From contig MU053472.1 of assembly GCA_013239625.1 (NCBI GenBank), forward strand, positions 3,011,822-3,075,821: a DNA stretch of 64,000 bases, written 5' to 3'. Every line of letters starts with the position of its first letter. Position 1 is the stretch's first letter. Positions 35,771-48,334 of this stretch are shown piece after piece. This DNA comes from Lama guanicoe (taxonomy: Eukaryota). Both the position numbers and the translations under genes were made by a program. The notes below the pieces were generated by a model that saw only the letters and a program-made list of their open reading frames with translations, was not told where the DNA came from and did no database searches.

Positions 35771-35784
35771 GTAACCATGGAAAC
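35771..35784. promoter_or_regulatory. candidate RFX X-box
   Basis: GTAACCATGGAAAC. Confidence 0.3.
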
Positions 35785-36084
35785 CTGCTGCCTTGCTCAG
35801 GTGACCAAACGCAAGTTGGTAATAGCCCTTGATGGCGATGATGGAGAGGCTGACAACAAAGACTTTTAAGGATCCAGATTAAATAAAATTAATGACTTGG
35901 CGGTTGAATACTTTCATCCCTCAAGAGAGTTAGGACTCAGCTCTACATCGGGCACCCCCTCCCTCAGGCCACAGTGTCTATTGGACAGCATCCTCAAGGC
36001 TCCAGGCAGGGTTGGAGGTGTCCCCGCCACTCTGCCTGCTGACTTCCAGTGAGCTCTGCAGCCCTGCGAGCTCTGGCGGAGCGC

Positions 36085-36453
36085 TTTTGTTTGACATTCG
36101 TTGTGTGTGTGTGTGTGTCTCTGTGTCAAATTATCCCTGTTTCTAAGGACACCAGTCATAATGGATGAGGGCCCACCTTAATGACCTCAATTGAACTAGT
36201 TACATCTGCAAGGACCCTTTTCCCAAATAAGATCACATACTGAGATACTGGAGTTTAGGGGTTCAAGATACGGATTTTGAAAGGCAGAGGGGAAGAGCTC
36301 AAGTGGTAGAGCGCATGCTCAGCATGCATGATGTCCTGGGTTCAATCCCCAGTCTGTCCTTAAAATAAATAAATAAACCTAATTACCCACACACCCTCAA
36401 AAAAAAAAAACTTAAAAGATAGATTTTTAGGAGACACAGTTCAACCCATAACA
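36085..36453 (-). mobile_element. MaLR LTR (MLT1A-C-like) 5' half, interrupted by a SINE
   Basis: AAGGACACCAGTCAT...GGGCCCACCTTAATGACCTCA...TTACATCTGCAAGGACCC...CAAATAAG; terminus ACACAGTTCAACCCATAACA. Confidence 0.88.
36283..36414 (+). mobile_element. tRNA-derived SINE (Vic-1-like)
   Basis: AGCTCAAGTGGTAGAGCGCATGC...GGTTCAATCCCCAG, tail AAACCTAATTACCC, poly(A). Confidence 0.92.
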
Positions 36454-37044
36454 GGGGATATAGGTGAGGAAAGGCCAGAATTTCTCACTACTGACTACCT
36501 TCCCGTCAGCAAGCCCTTGACATTCTGGGCTGGGCCTTTTGCCCTGCTGCACTGACCTTTGCCCGTCCACATGCTCCCCTTCAGCAATCTGGTTCCATTT
36601 CCAGCTCCCACGGTTGGGCGAGGGTCTCTAGCCTCCTAACCTGCCAGTGCTGCTTCTGTTTGCCTGAGCAGACTTCCTCAAAGTCCAGTGTGTGCCTCTG
36701 AGAACAGGCCTCACCTCTGGGGGAGTGCTAATGCAGTTCCCTGCTTCTTTAGCTGTGCCCCAACCTCTTCAGGTGCTGGGGCCACCCCCAGCTGCATCCT
36801 AAGGGAAGCCAGCAGTGCTCGAAGTTCATGGAAGTGAGGACATTTTGAATCAGACAGGCAAGGCTGAGAGCCAGGTGGAAGAACACACAAAAGTCAAGAG
36901 TGCAACTTGGTAGATCTAAAGATGTTTACTGCTGCCCCCTTGTATGCATGGCCTGCGCCCACCAGGCTGGATTATGGCCACATAAAGGTCTGCAGGTAGG
37001 TCGTGCCCCAGGGTAAAGCAGGAACAGCCTGGCAGTGGCTACAG

Positions 37045-37200
37045 GCATGAACTTTGCTCATTAAACCTCCATTTCTGCCTCTAGAAAATGAGACCCATAA
37101 ATCAAATTTATCTTATGGGATTTTTGTGGGAATTAAATGAATAATGAATATACGGCCTTAACCCAGTGTCTGGTAAAATGCGAACATTCAATATGTTAAC
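37045..37200 (+). mobile_element. MIR
   Basis: CCTCCATTTCTGCCTCTAGAAAATG...AATTAAATGA...CAGTGTCTGG. Confidence 0.6.
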
Positions 37201-38518
37201 TGCGGTGACCATGACGGCCACTTACATTTGGCTGCTTCCACCAAGTTCCATGATGTTGATGATGAAGTAGTTTCTGGATATGACAGGTTAGAACTCCTGC
37301 TCCTCTCTTCTTGAAATTATGCACCCACACAGAATTACGCACACTCTTGGAAAAATGCTGGTATTTGGGGGGCTATTTCTAGAAAAGACTATAGCTGGGT
37401 TATAACCCTGACTCAGGACGGGGACTGCCAGTTTGCAGTCTACCCAAATATATTAAGTCACTTTTCTGTAATGAGCAGGGAAAGAGGAACAGGTATTTTC
37501 CTTTCCCTGCAGGGAGAGAAGGAATTCTGTGGGTTCCTGAGATTTCAACACCAGGCTAGAACTAGGTCCTCTGAGTGCTAACAATTATCCTACACGTTTC
37601 CTAACTTAGCTCAGAAATACCCACACTCTCTCCAACAGGGTCAGGAGCACCTTGATCATTTTGAAAAGATAATTTCCTCAGATGAGAAGTGAACCACTTA
37701 AATCGTCTTTATGTGCATCCCCTCCTGCCCCTCCTTTGAAGACAAAGTGTGACTTAATGTATTTTTAGGAACTAAAGTTCAAAATGTGAATTTCCTGTGT
37801 AGAGAAAAATAATCTATCAGAAAGCGCTTAGGAAAAGGCACAGGAGACAGATTAAATATGTTCAGAGATCTGTCCTTGGTCTCCTTTTCTGTTTTCCGTG
37901 ACAATGTCATTCAAACTCCAGCTTGTGATGGAGGCTGTGCCTGCCTGTGTCTGGGGCCTTGCTCAGTCTCTGGTGGCCTGGGTGCTCCATCCCCACTGCC
38001 CTTTGGAAGATCCGCCTACAGCATCATGAAAGCAACAGATCTCAGCGGGAAGGGATCACCTCTACTCTCTTCCAGCCAACGCCACCTCCTGACTTCTTCC
38101 TTGTACCTCTTTTTCTTGAATGCTACTGCCATCCTACTGGTCATCTGGGCATGAAACTGCTAAGTAAGTGGTGCTTCCTAGCCTTCTTTGAAGTCTCAGA
38201 CGCCTTCGAGATTGCATTGACACCATGGACTCTCCCCTCTGAAAAAGAAATCTATGGCTATTCGCACATTTATTCAAAAATTCAGGGGTTCTTTGGGCTC
38301 CCTTATCTAAGCAATTTTTATCCTTCTCTTTTATTTCCTAATAATACCTGCTCAAAAATCCTTAGTGATTCCCACCGTACATAGAATAAAATATGTCCAT
38401 ATCCCTTAGCCTGGCACAGAACATACCACGATCTGACTACAGCCCATCTTTCTGAAATAATGGGTTAATGCATGCAAAACACAGTACTTGGCACATGGTG
38501 AGCACTGTGGAAGTGTTT

Positions 38519-38573
38519 TATTATTATTATTATTGTTATTATTATTATTACTACTACTACTACTATTATTGTT
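38519..38573. repeat. (TTA)n/(CTA)n microsatellite at the end of a MIR fragment
   Basis: Seen directly; explains the poly-Leu ORF at 38488. Confidence 0.9.
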
Positions 38574-38959
38574 ATCCTTTGTTTATATCCTAGTAATCTC
38601 TCACTGGTCCCCTTGGTGTCCTGTGTTTCATTCTTTTCTGGGTATTTTTCATCTCCCTACCAGTCATTTCCTCCCCATGTCACTAAGACCTCCAGCCTTC
38701 TCAGATCACAAATCCCTTCATTCACGCCCCAAATCTATAAGAAATTCAACCCCTTCCTCAGTATTTCTGAATCCACCCAGATCTATTTTACCTTCTTCCA
38801 GTTGGGGCTTATCACCTCCTGCCCGAAACCCCTGTTCTGGCTCTTTCTCTGTGGTGTCTGACTGTAGCACAGCTGGGGCCACTCCACACACTTCATCACC
38901 ATAAGCAGGGACCAGCCCCTCTTCTTCATGGCCCCACTAACACCATGTTAATTGCATAT

Positions 38960-39100
38960 GACCCAGGAGCCAGAGCAATCTTTCTAAAGTATCAATCAGT
39001 TCATGTTACTTGTGTAACCAAAACTCTTTAATAGCTTCCCATCATACCTAGAAGAAAATCCAGACCCCTCCCTTAGCCAACAAAGCCATACTTCATTTTA
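38960..39100 (+). mobile_element. L2 fragment; appears to continue at 40810-41070
   Basis: GCCAGAGCAATCTTTCTAAA...TCATGTTACT...AAAACTCTTTAATAGCTTCCCATC. Confidence 0.65.
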
Positions 39101-39933
39101 CACCCACGAGCAGATTTAAGTTTTGTGGAACCTGAAATTTATACAATTTATGTGGGGGGAGGAGGAGTAGCTTCTGTAAGGAAAAATATAAAATCACAAA
39201 TAAAAAATTAAATCGAAAGCATGGGATTACTATGGGTACTAATTCACAATTACTGAAAAATAATATGTATTTTATTATGATCCATATAAAAAATATTGTC
39301 TTAGCTACACTTCATTAATTAATTAACAAATATCATATATTCCAATTGTTCTTATATGATAATAAATACATAATTTATGCTAGATCTGTGCCATTTTAAT
39401 CCAAATTTAAATGTCTTTGTTAATCCATGTCACATAAGGCATTCAAAAAGTTGGGGATGTTTTCAAAAAAAAACTAATTGAAAATAAACATTTATTTAAA
39501 ATCCGAGAAGAAACTACAATAAATTTCAAACTTACAAAAGCTTACAAATATTACAAATATCACTAAGTTCAGAAAAACAATAGAATGTAATATTTTATTA
39601 ATTAACTGCTTAACACAACTATTCTACTTTTTTCTACATTTTTTTGTCTACCAATTATTTGTGCCTTCAAAGGACAACAATTTTAATATCACCTTAAATT
39701 TCATCTCCCAAGGAGAGGATAGAAAGATAATTCATCTTTCCTTCAGCAGAGTTACTCAAAATTTGTTTTTTACCATCATTTAGAAGAGCTTCTTTCAGCT
39801 TCACAAATCTTCATTATGTAAAGTTTTAGGACTGATGTCAAATCTGGCCAAACTGCTATCAGATTTCAATTATAGATGATCTAAAAGATTTCAGGGCATT
39901 TCATGTTTTCTTGTTAAAAATTAATCTTAAGAA

Positions 39934-40058
39934 GTGGGGAGGGTATAGCTCAGTGGTAGAGTGAGTGCTTAGCATGCACGAGGTCCTGGGTTCAATCCCC
40001 AGCACCTCCATTTAAATAAATAAATAAACAAACCAAATTACCCCCCCAAAAGAATTTA
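39934..40058 (+). mobile_element. tRNA-derived SINE (Vic-1-like)
   Basis: Near-consensus head; TSD AAAA(A/G)TTAATCTTA at 39916-39929 and 40059-40072. Confidence 0.95.
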
Positions 40059-40467
40059 AAAAGTTAATCTTACGTACTCTTTGATTTGACAATAACCATT
40101 TAACTGGTTTGTTGTTAAAATCCTTATTTTAGAGGTAAATTTTGAGTGTTACATTACTTTCCTTGACATCAGCATTTCATATCAAATCAGCAAGAATTCA
40201 GAATCTTTTTCTGATGGGTTCCTATGATTCCCTCATCTTCATTAACTGGATTAGCAAACAATCTAAGAGTTTATTTATAACTTCTATTCAAGTTTTGTCT
40301 CTTCCTTTTAACATATTAGCACTTTCTGTAGAATCTAAAACTTTTGTTGTTGTCTACTTCTCTTCTCAATGTCAGAGTATTGACTATTAAATTGATCATC
40401 TCTATCACTTTTATTTCATATTCTAAATTTTTACTACCGTGAGCTTCACTCAGACCTTTAGTCTACT

Positions 40468-40530
40468 AATTTTTTTTTTTAACTGTTTTGTTTTGGCAGC
40501 CAGGAGGTAATTCGGTTTGCTTGCTTGGTT

Positions 40531-40561
<31 letters not shown>

Positions 40562-40639
40562 GAGGGGTAACTGGGGATTGAACCCACAATCTTGTGCATG
40601 CTAAGCATGCACTCTATCACGAGCTATACCCTCCCCTCC
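40468..40639 (-). mobile_element. tRNA-derived SINE (Vic-1-like) with (TAAA)n expansion
   Basis: Reverse-complement head at 40565-40636; TSD TAGTCTACT at 40459-40467 and 40640-40648. Confidence 0.94.
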
Positions 40640-40809
40640 TAGTCTACTCCTTTTCAATCCGATTTTTTCAGCTTTATAATAACTAAATATAAAAGATTTC
40701 AAAAGAAGATTCACTTCAAACTCAAATCAGAGACCTGTAATTTCTAAGTTATTGAAATGCTGCAAAATGTCATCCCACTGACTTCAGGGTAAACTGACCT
40801 GGGATTACA

Positions 40810-41070
40810 GTGTGTGCTCCTCAGCCTCCCCCTCACCATGCTCCAGCCTCCTGGACATTTGGTTCTTTGAACAAGCCAAGCTTGTTCCAGCCCTAGGGCC
40901 TTTGTACTAGCTGAGCTCTCTCTCTAAATGTTCTATCTTCTGATCTTCACTTACCTGACTCTTGCCTGTCATTCAGACCTCAACATAAAGTCATCCCCTC
41001 AGAGAAATCTCTGGCTACCTCGTGTTAAGTAAACACCAATGCTATCATATCAACCTGCTTTAAAGCTTTT
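40810..41070 (+). mobile_element. L2 fragment
   Basis: ATGCTCCAGCC...CAAGCTTGTTCCAGCCCTAGGGCCTTTGTACTAGCTG...TCATTCAGACCTCAAC. Confidence 0.7.
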
Positions 41071-41294
41071 TGGATCTAAGTTTGGTTAAATATACATAAA
41101 GCCATAATATTGCAGTTTTCAATGAATTATCCCTGATAATCAACTATGAAATTTATCAGATGGCCTATCTCCCGATTCTCTATCCTCCCCTAACCAGAAC
41201 TCCTAGGAATGGCTGAAATGTAGAAGAGAAATGCCTACCACTTAGCTATTGGAACGGATTCAGCAGCAAACTGCCTACCTGGATTCTCCCTTTC

Positions 41295-41520
41295 ACGACT
41301 GAGCACTCAGTCCCCTGTCTGCTGGGAGACTCGGCTGACAGCTCTCAGATGAGTGTCTCTCCAAGAAATGCTCACCCTCAACTGAAGAGAGCTGCCTTGT
41401 CCGAGATCATGTCCTTGTCCTTGAGGGCAGCCACTCCTCATGACTGGCCAATGATGGGAGGCGAGGGGGCAATAGTGTGGGGTAGGAGGGTAGGGTGGGG
41501 TGAGGATCCCAAGTCCTAAG
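41295..41520 (+). mobile_element. ERVL LTR fragment (LTR16-like)
   Basis: GCTGACAGCTCTCAG...CAACTGAAGAGAGCTGCCTTGTCCGAGATCATG...TGACTGGCCAATG. Confidence 0.65.
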
Positions 41521-42758
41521 ATGCTCAATGAGCAGACTGCTAGGGAGGCGTGGCTTCCAGGTTCCAAGGAAGCTAAAGGTTCCAGGACACATCAAACCCA
41601 GTCCCCTAGTGGCCCCATTAGCAGCGGCTAGCGTTCCAACCCCACCGCTCAGACTCTCCTCAAAAGACTTTGCAAGCCTGGGAGTGTGGGGATCATTACC
41701 AATGCTGAAAGGGAGGAAGAGGACCTCACTGACTTCGCAGCGCTAGACAATGTTGGCTGAAGTTGTTTACCTTTACCTCTAGCTGGAAAAACAGAAGTTG
41801 CAGGCCGAGGTATTTTGTGAAATGGGGCTGTGTGCCAGGAACAGGACCAGGTAGCCATCATGATGCAAAATAGCTCAATTTTACAAAATGTTTTAGGTTT
41901 TGCTTTTGTTGCGGCTTTCTTACTAAGAGCCGGACGCTGGGGATGCATTATCTAATTTAACCTTTACAATAGCCCTTTGACTCCAGGGTCATATTAAATG
42001 AGTAAAAAAATTAAGTTTAGAGAGATTTAAAAACGGTGCCCCTGGGATTCACTGCTGGTGAAAAACAAAAGCAAAAACAAAAATAAAAACATTTAGCAAG
42101 TGGAAGCCAGGTCCATTAGGAATTTCAGTTTGACTACTGCTCTCTGCAGACACGCCATGAAGTTGCAGCCCACCGTAATCTTTGTCCAAAGAGCTCCTGT
42201 GATGAACTGAAAAAGATCCAGTTACAATCTTCCTATCAGCACTGCCTAGCATAGTGCTTTGTACATAGAACCCAAACTGAGTTAAAAGGTGCTGACAGAT
42301 CTCTTTAATAATAGACGTGAATGTGATAGACCGCAAACATACTGAAAAAGGCAGAGTTGATTTGTACTCATGCAGAGGAAAAGAACTGAAGCCTCATTCG
42401 CCTTTATCGGAGCTTTCTGTTTCCTGTAACAAAAATCAGGATCCCAAGGTGATGTGTTTCTCTCTAAATAAAAGTACTGATGAGTCAGACGCTGTCATTG
42501 CTGTTTGAGACAAAGGGTTAGGTGGGCTTATCTTCTGAGCAGTTCTCCTGCTGGGAAGGACTTGCAGAGGGTGGGGGTGGTTGCCCAGCTGCTGACACAG
42601 TTTCTGGCACAGAGGAGTCTTTGGGTAAATCTGTGTCATAGTCAGTGCGTTGCCGAGGAACGTCTCAGGGTACAGGGACTGGGAAGGCGAACTAACCTTT
42701 ACTGAACACCCACAGAGCATCAGTACTGTGCCAAGTACTGGGGATACTAATTTGGATT

Positions 42759-42937
42759 CAGGACGACTACAAAATTTGCAGGCCCGGTGCAAAATGAAAA
42801 TGAGCAGCACCTGCACCTTGTTCAAAAATTGTTAAGAATTTCAACATGGTGACTGCAGAGCTTTCAGCCAAATGTACTTAAACCCTTCTGAATAGCTTTT
42901 GTGACTCACCGGTTGCACGCTCAGGAAGCTGGCCCCG
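42759..42937 (-). mobile_element. MER45A-like hAT-Tip100 element
   Basis: CAGGACGACTACAAAATTTGCAGGCCCGGTGCAAAATGAAAATG...CTTGTTCAAAAATTGTTAAGAATTTCAA...GAAGCTGGCCCCG, about 180 bp. Confidence 0.8.
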
Positions 42938-43104
42938 GGCGAATTACAAAGTTTACCTTATCAAAGGGCTCTCAGTTCAGTGGGCAACACAAAGCCATGT
43001 TCAGTGATGATTTGATGTGATAGACAGTGTGTATTGGGGAGGGGAGCCTGATGTCTTAGGAGAGCAAAGACTCAGATCTCACACAAGTATCTCAATCTCC
43101 TTTT

Positions 43105-43712
43105 TTAACATCAAATATTTTTTACAATATTACCTGTAAATACTGAATTTACACTTCCATAGTTTTTAGTGCATTGATAGAGATGTGCAACCATCACCAC
43201 AGTCAATTTTAGAACATTTTCATCACTCGGGAAAGAAACCCCGTGCCCGTTAGCAGTCTCTCTCCATTATCCTCCACCTCTCCCAGGCCTAGGCAACCAC
43301 TAATCTGCTTTCTGTCTCTATGGATTTGTCTATTCCTACGAGTGAAATTGCTGGGTTATATAGTAAATCTATGTTACTGAATTTTTTAAATAACAGGTTT
43401 ATTGAGATATAATTAATACGCCATAAAATTTACCCTCTTAAAATGTACAGTTTGGCAGAGTTGTGCAACCAGTATTATCTAATTCAAGAAAATTTTCATC
43501 ACCCCAAAAAGAAATCTCTTACTCCTTAACAATCATCCCCATCTCCTCTTCCCTCCAGGCCCTGGCAACCACTAATCTGCTTTCTGTCTCTACGGATTTG
43601 CCTCTTCTGGAAACTTCATATAAATGGAATCATATATTATGTGGCTTTTGTGTCTAGCTGCTTTCACTGAGCATAATGTTTTCAAGGTTCACTCGTGCTG
43701 TAGCATGTAGAT
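43105..43712 (-). mobile_element. two L1M 3' end fragments in tandem
   Basis: GTGCAACCATCACCAC...GGCAACCACTAATCTGCTTTCTGTCTCTA occurs twice (about 43290, 43565). Confidence 0.85.
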
Positions 43713-43714
43713 GA

Positions 43715-43830
43715 TTTCCTTTTTACAGATGAGGAAGCCAAGACTCTGGGAAGCGAAATGATTTGCTCGAGATCACACAGGTGATAAAATAGCAGGATGG
43801 CTGGGGGTGACCAGCCATTCCAGTCTGACC
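43715..43830 (-). mobile_element. MIR
   Basis: TTTTACAGATGAGGAAGCCAAGACTC...TGATTTGCTCGAGATCACACAG. Confidence 0.75.
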
Positions 43831-44099
43831 AGGAAGGTTCCTATTTTAGCCTTGAATGTCCCATGTTTCAGAAAATCCCTTAGCTGTGAGCAAACTAGGA
43901 CAGCTGGTCACTCTAGAAGGCAGCCAGCCTTGTCTTCCTGTGATACAATGGAAATGGCTTTATGAGATGAAGAGGTTCACTATTCTTCAAGTGAAGCTAA
44001 GCCAACATATCCTAGGGTACTATAAAAAATTTGGACATTTTCTCAGTATTCCTTAAATCAATCTCTGTGCTCCTTTCACTGATCTAAGCCTCCACTTTA

Positions 44100-44310
44100 A
44101 TAATCCCCAACTGCCCCCACAACCTTATTATTTTTTTCCATAGTGCTACAAAATTTATTTATTAATTATATCTATTGTTTCTGTTGGTCTGCCCCTGCTG
44201 GAAAGTAATCTCCATGGAACCAGAGATCTCTGTTTTCTTCATTTAAGTATCCAAGTTGCCAAAAATAGTATCTGGTTCGTAGTAGGCACTCAAAACATTT
44301 TACTGAATAA
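44100..44310 (+). mobile_element. L2 3' end
   Basis: CTCCATGGAACCAGAGATCTCTGTTTT...TAGTAGGCACTCAAAACATTTTACTGAATAA. Confidence 0.75.
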
Positions 44311-44615
44311 TTCTTATGTGATAGCTAGACCTTGTGTCAAGATGTCTAGCTAAGCATAATCTTAATATCTGCCAAAAGGTGATTATGAATATCGGTCACA
44401 ATAAGACTTAAAATTCCAAGGCATAGCATGAAGCCCAAGACGTTTTTCTTTCTTTTCTTTGGTTTTTTGGAAAGTTTTAAATGTCCAAACAAGTTGAAAG
44501 AATTGTTCAATAAACATCCTAAAGCCTTTACATAGATTCACCAATTATTAACATTTTGTCACATTTGCCTCCACACCCCCCACCCCCATACTTTGTCAAA
44601 AAGTAGGATGCAGCA

Positions 44616-44796
44616 GGGGAGGGTATAGCTCAGTGGTAGAGAGCGTGCTTAGCATGCACGAGATCCTGGGTTCAATCCCTAGTCCTCTATTAAAATAAAT
44701 AAATAAACCTAATTGCCCACTCCCCCCAAAAAAGAAATACATTTAAAAGATTTAATTAAAGACAATGAGAAAAATAGGAAATAAAAAAATTTTTTT
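44616..44796 (+). mobile_element. tRNA-derived SINE (Vic-1-like) with long A-rich tail
   Basis: GGGGAGGGTATAGCTCAGTGGTAGAG...GGTTCAATCCC, tail AAACCTAATTGCCC; 3' end approximate. Confidence 0.92.
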
Positions 44797-44938
44797 AATT
44801 ACAATACAGCCATCATGATACTTTAACCCCTAAATATCTCAATATGGATCTCCTAGAAAAAGAGCATTTTACCAATAACCACAATACCATTACTACCACA
44901 GCTAAGAAGATTAACATTAATTCAGTAATACTTTTTGA

Positions 44939-46017
44939 CAAAATGACAACCTATGGAATAGGAGAAAATATTTGCAAATGATGCAACTGACAAAGGCTTA
45001 ATTTCCAGAATATATGAACAGCTTATACAACTTAATAACAAAAAAACAAACAACCCAGTCCAAAAATGGGCAGAAGACCTAAACAAGCAAATCTCCAATG
45101 AAGACATACAAATAGCCAATAGGCACATGAAAAAATGCTCAATATCACTAATTATCAGAGAAATGCAAGTCAAAACTACAATGAGGTATCACCTCACACC
45201 AGTCAGAATGGTCATCATTCAAAAGTCTACAAATGATAAATGCTGGAGAGGGTGTGGAGAAAAGGGAATCCTCCTACACTGCTGGTGGGAATGCAGTTTG
45301 GTGCAGCTATTATGAGAAACAGTATGGAGATTCCTCAAAGAACTAAAGACAGGCTTACCATATGATCCAGCAATCCCACTCCTGGGCATATATCTAGAGG
45401 GAATTCTAATACAAAAAGATATATGCACACCATGTTCACAGCAGCACTATATACAATAGCCAAGATATGGAAGCAACCTAAATGTCCATTGATAGTTGAC
45501 TGGATAAAGAATCTGTGGTATATTTATACAAGGGAATACTACTTAGCCATAAAAAGGAATAAAATAATGCCATTTGCAGCAACAGGGATGGACCTAGAGA
45601 TTGTCATTCTAAGTGAAGTAAGCCAGAAAGAGAAAGAAAAATACCACATAATATCATTCATATATGGAATCTTAAAAAAAGAGAAAAAAGAAAGGATAGT
45701 ATGAATTCATCTACAAAGCAGAAATAGACTTGCCGACATAGTAAACAATCTTACGATTACCAGGGGAAGGGGGTGGGAAGGGATAAATTTGGGAGTTTGA
45801 GATCTGCAAATTTAGCTACTATAAATATAAATAGATTAAAAAACAAGTTTTTTCCATATAGCACAGGGAACTGTATTCAATATCTTGTAATAATTTTTAA
45901 TGAAAAAGAATATGAAATATGTATGTATATGCATAACTGGGACATTGGGCTGTACACCAGAAATTGACACATTGTAACTGACTGTACTTCAATTTAAAAA
46001 ATAATAATAATATATAA
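44939..46017 (+). mobile_element. 5'-truncated L1 (ORF2 end plus 3' UTR), same family as 32361-33789
   Basis: [28 protein letters not shown]...[17 protein letters not shown] (L1 ORF2 Cys-rich end); TSD TAATACT(T/C)TTTGA at 44926-44938 and 46018-46030. Confidence 0.95.
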
Positions 46018-47239
46018 TAATACTCTTTGATATTCTGTTTATATTCATATTTCCCTAATAGTCTTTAAATATATAGCAGGATTTTCTCCCTCAATCCAGA
46101 ATCTGATTAAGATTTACGCATTGCATTTGGTTGTTTTTTTTCCTTAGTCTCTCTTGGTAGAGAAAAATCTCTGCATTTTGGTGTTTTCCATAACATTGAA
46201 CTTTTTCAAAAAATTTAAGCCAGTTGTCTTGCAGCTTTTTCCAAATTCTGGATTTGACTCAGTGTTTCTTCATGTTTAGATTCAGGGTAAGCATTCGGGC
46301 AAGAATTCTGCATAGGCAGTATTGTGCACCCCTTGCATAATATCAGAAGGCTGGTCATTGTCTTACCATTGGTGATGCCAAGTTTGATCTCTTGGTTAAG
46401 ATGGCATCTGACAGATCTCTCCATGATAAAGGAGATTTTCCCTTTGGAAGTAATAATAATAATAATAATAAAAAGATAATAATTCCCTTGGGAATTATTA
46501 ATTGATCTGTGGGATGCTACTTTGAAACCATCTGATTATCTTGTTTCTCAACATTCTTTCACTCAAAGCCCTTAGGGTCCATTAATGATCCTACCCTAAA
46601 TCAATTATTACATTGGCAGTTGCAAACTCTATCATTTGCCTACATTAATTAGCTGGCATCCTTGTGAATCACTGTGGATTCATAGATTTTATTTTATATT
46701 TCATTTAAAGTATTATCATCTATTACTACCATTACTTTTTTCCTTTTAATATGCTGAAATTGTCCAAAATTTGGCCACTGGGAGCTCTTAAAAACCAAAA
46801 TTTTAATAGTCTTTAAAACAGGCTAATGTACATGTCACAAAATAGGATGATTTTAGGGGCCATGAAACTTTAAAACGTAGACTATATTCACATATTTTTA
46901 ACTACCTTTTGGATAGTTTGTTGGCGTAAAATGTTTGCCACCTAAAACTGGTTCAGAAGGAATCTTTTGACAATACCTTTGATTTTCTCAGAAGCTATAT
47001 CATAGAACATTTTCTTTGAACTTGATGTTGATGTATTATAATAGGACTTCCTAGGAAAACTGATGAAGTTTGATGTTTACATATTACCTGAGTTTGTAAC
47101 AAGATTTTAAAACTCTTTAAAGTGGCACAGGAAGAGCTGGAGAATTAATACAACTTCATTAGACACCAGAAATTTCATTTTCTGAGTGACGGTGATGGAG
47201 TGTGAGACTAGAAGGAAACTCTTAATAGCCTCACATAGA

Positions 47240-47660
47240 TAGGATTGGGTGGGGTTGCAAGTAATAGAAAACCAGATCATGATGGCTTTACCCTACAAGG
47301 ACTTTATTTTTTCCTCATGTAATTAGAAACCCAAAGGTGGGCAGTTCAGGGCTAGTTGAGTTGCTTGGTGATCTCATCAAGCATTCCTCTTCCTTTCCAT
47401 TCCAGCATCCTACTGAACCTCCAAGGTATTGTGTCTAAATTCTAGGTCAAGAAGAAGAAAGAAGGGATATGAAGCCAAACTGAGTCAGTCCCTAGTAGGA
47501 AACGTTCTTAGGAGCCCAAGCAGATCCTTGTGTTTACATCCTGTTGGTTAGAACTGGAACATATGGTCCCCTTACCTGCAGGGGAGTGTACAGTAGAAGA
47601 AAGCAAAGGAGGAAAAGGCTACAAATAGCTTTTGGCAACCAATTCACAGTATCTAGAGCC
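47240..47660 (-). mobile_element. MaLR LTR (MLT1-like)
   Basis: GTTGCAAGTAATAGAAAACC...GGTGGGCAGTTCAGGGCTAG...TTGGTTAGAACTGG. Confidence 0.65.
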
Positions 47661-48334
47661 ATATAAATAGCTACACATCTTTAGTTGATATTTTATGAAG
47701 TTACATTGGGAGAAATTAACATGGCCATAGTCTGTACGCCTTCCATTCATAAAGCAAAACAAAAAAAATGTTGAGCTTCTTCTATGGGCTGTTACTTCAC
47801 TGAGAATATAAAGATGAAAATGATATATTGCTTCATTTGTTCTCTTTAGAAAATCGTTACGGAAGTTCTAAGTACTTAACTCCTAGGACTCAGGAAACAA
47901 GCAGGTGTGCTCAGCCACCTGGTGCCTCCTGACAACAGTTTCAAATCCAGACAAAACAGGAATTGAATCACTCCACCGAGATAACTAGCTCAGTCAAATA
48001 GTCAGTGTTCTCCTGTGTCAATGGTTCCTTTTATGAAAAAAATATCCTACCTGAAATTCATATTCAGACAGCCTTGCTGAACTAAAGTCAGTAGCTAGGT
48101 AGGGCCAGTGTTATCTCCAATGTTTATAGTAACCTGTTTATTCTTAAGGAATGGTGATGATCCTTTGTGTTACACTAAATGATAATAGAGAGCTATTTGG
48201 GGCATCTAACTTACAAAAATAACTTTAAAATTGTAGTGATATGACCCTAATCCCTTGTCTTAATAGGTAAAACAAACATATAGGACTCCTTAAAGAAAAC
48301 TGTTTCATTAGGCTGCAAGCTCTCTTAGATATTC

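Larger units (their letters stand above)
39105..40800 (-). mobile_element. hAT DNA transposon remnant (Zaphod/MER115-like, Tip100 group) with transposase C-terminal fossil
   Basis: Minus-strand translation at about 39700-39855: VWPDLTSVLKLYIMKICEAERSSSK, then after frameshifts MVKNKF*VTLLKER and NYLSILSL (hAT dimerisation domain); IEVINKLLDCLLIQL at about 40270; WDDILQHFNN at about 40765; terminus-like TTTTGTGGAACCTGAAATTTATACAATTT at 39121. Confidence 0.8.
44465..46790 (-). mobile_element. old L1 (L1MC-like) 3' region, interrupted by a SINE and a younger L1
   Basis: TAGATTCACCAATTATTAACATTTTG, AACCACAATACCATTA, GCATTGCATTTGGTTG, AGATTCAGGGTAAGCATT, TTGGCCACTGGGAGC. Confidence 0.7.

Noticed and set aside
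37947..38384. Longest ORF in the track (145 aa)
   Set aside because: Non-ATG start and no recognisable motif
38488..38904. 138-aa ORF with poly-Leu resembling a signal peptide
   Set aside because: Poly-Leu comes from a (TTA)n/(CTA)n microsatellite at a MIR end; non-ATG start
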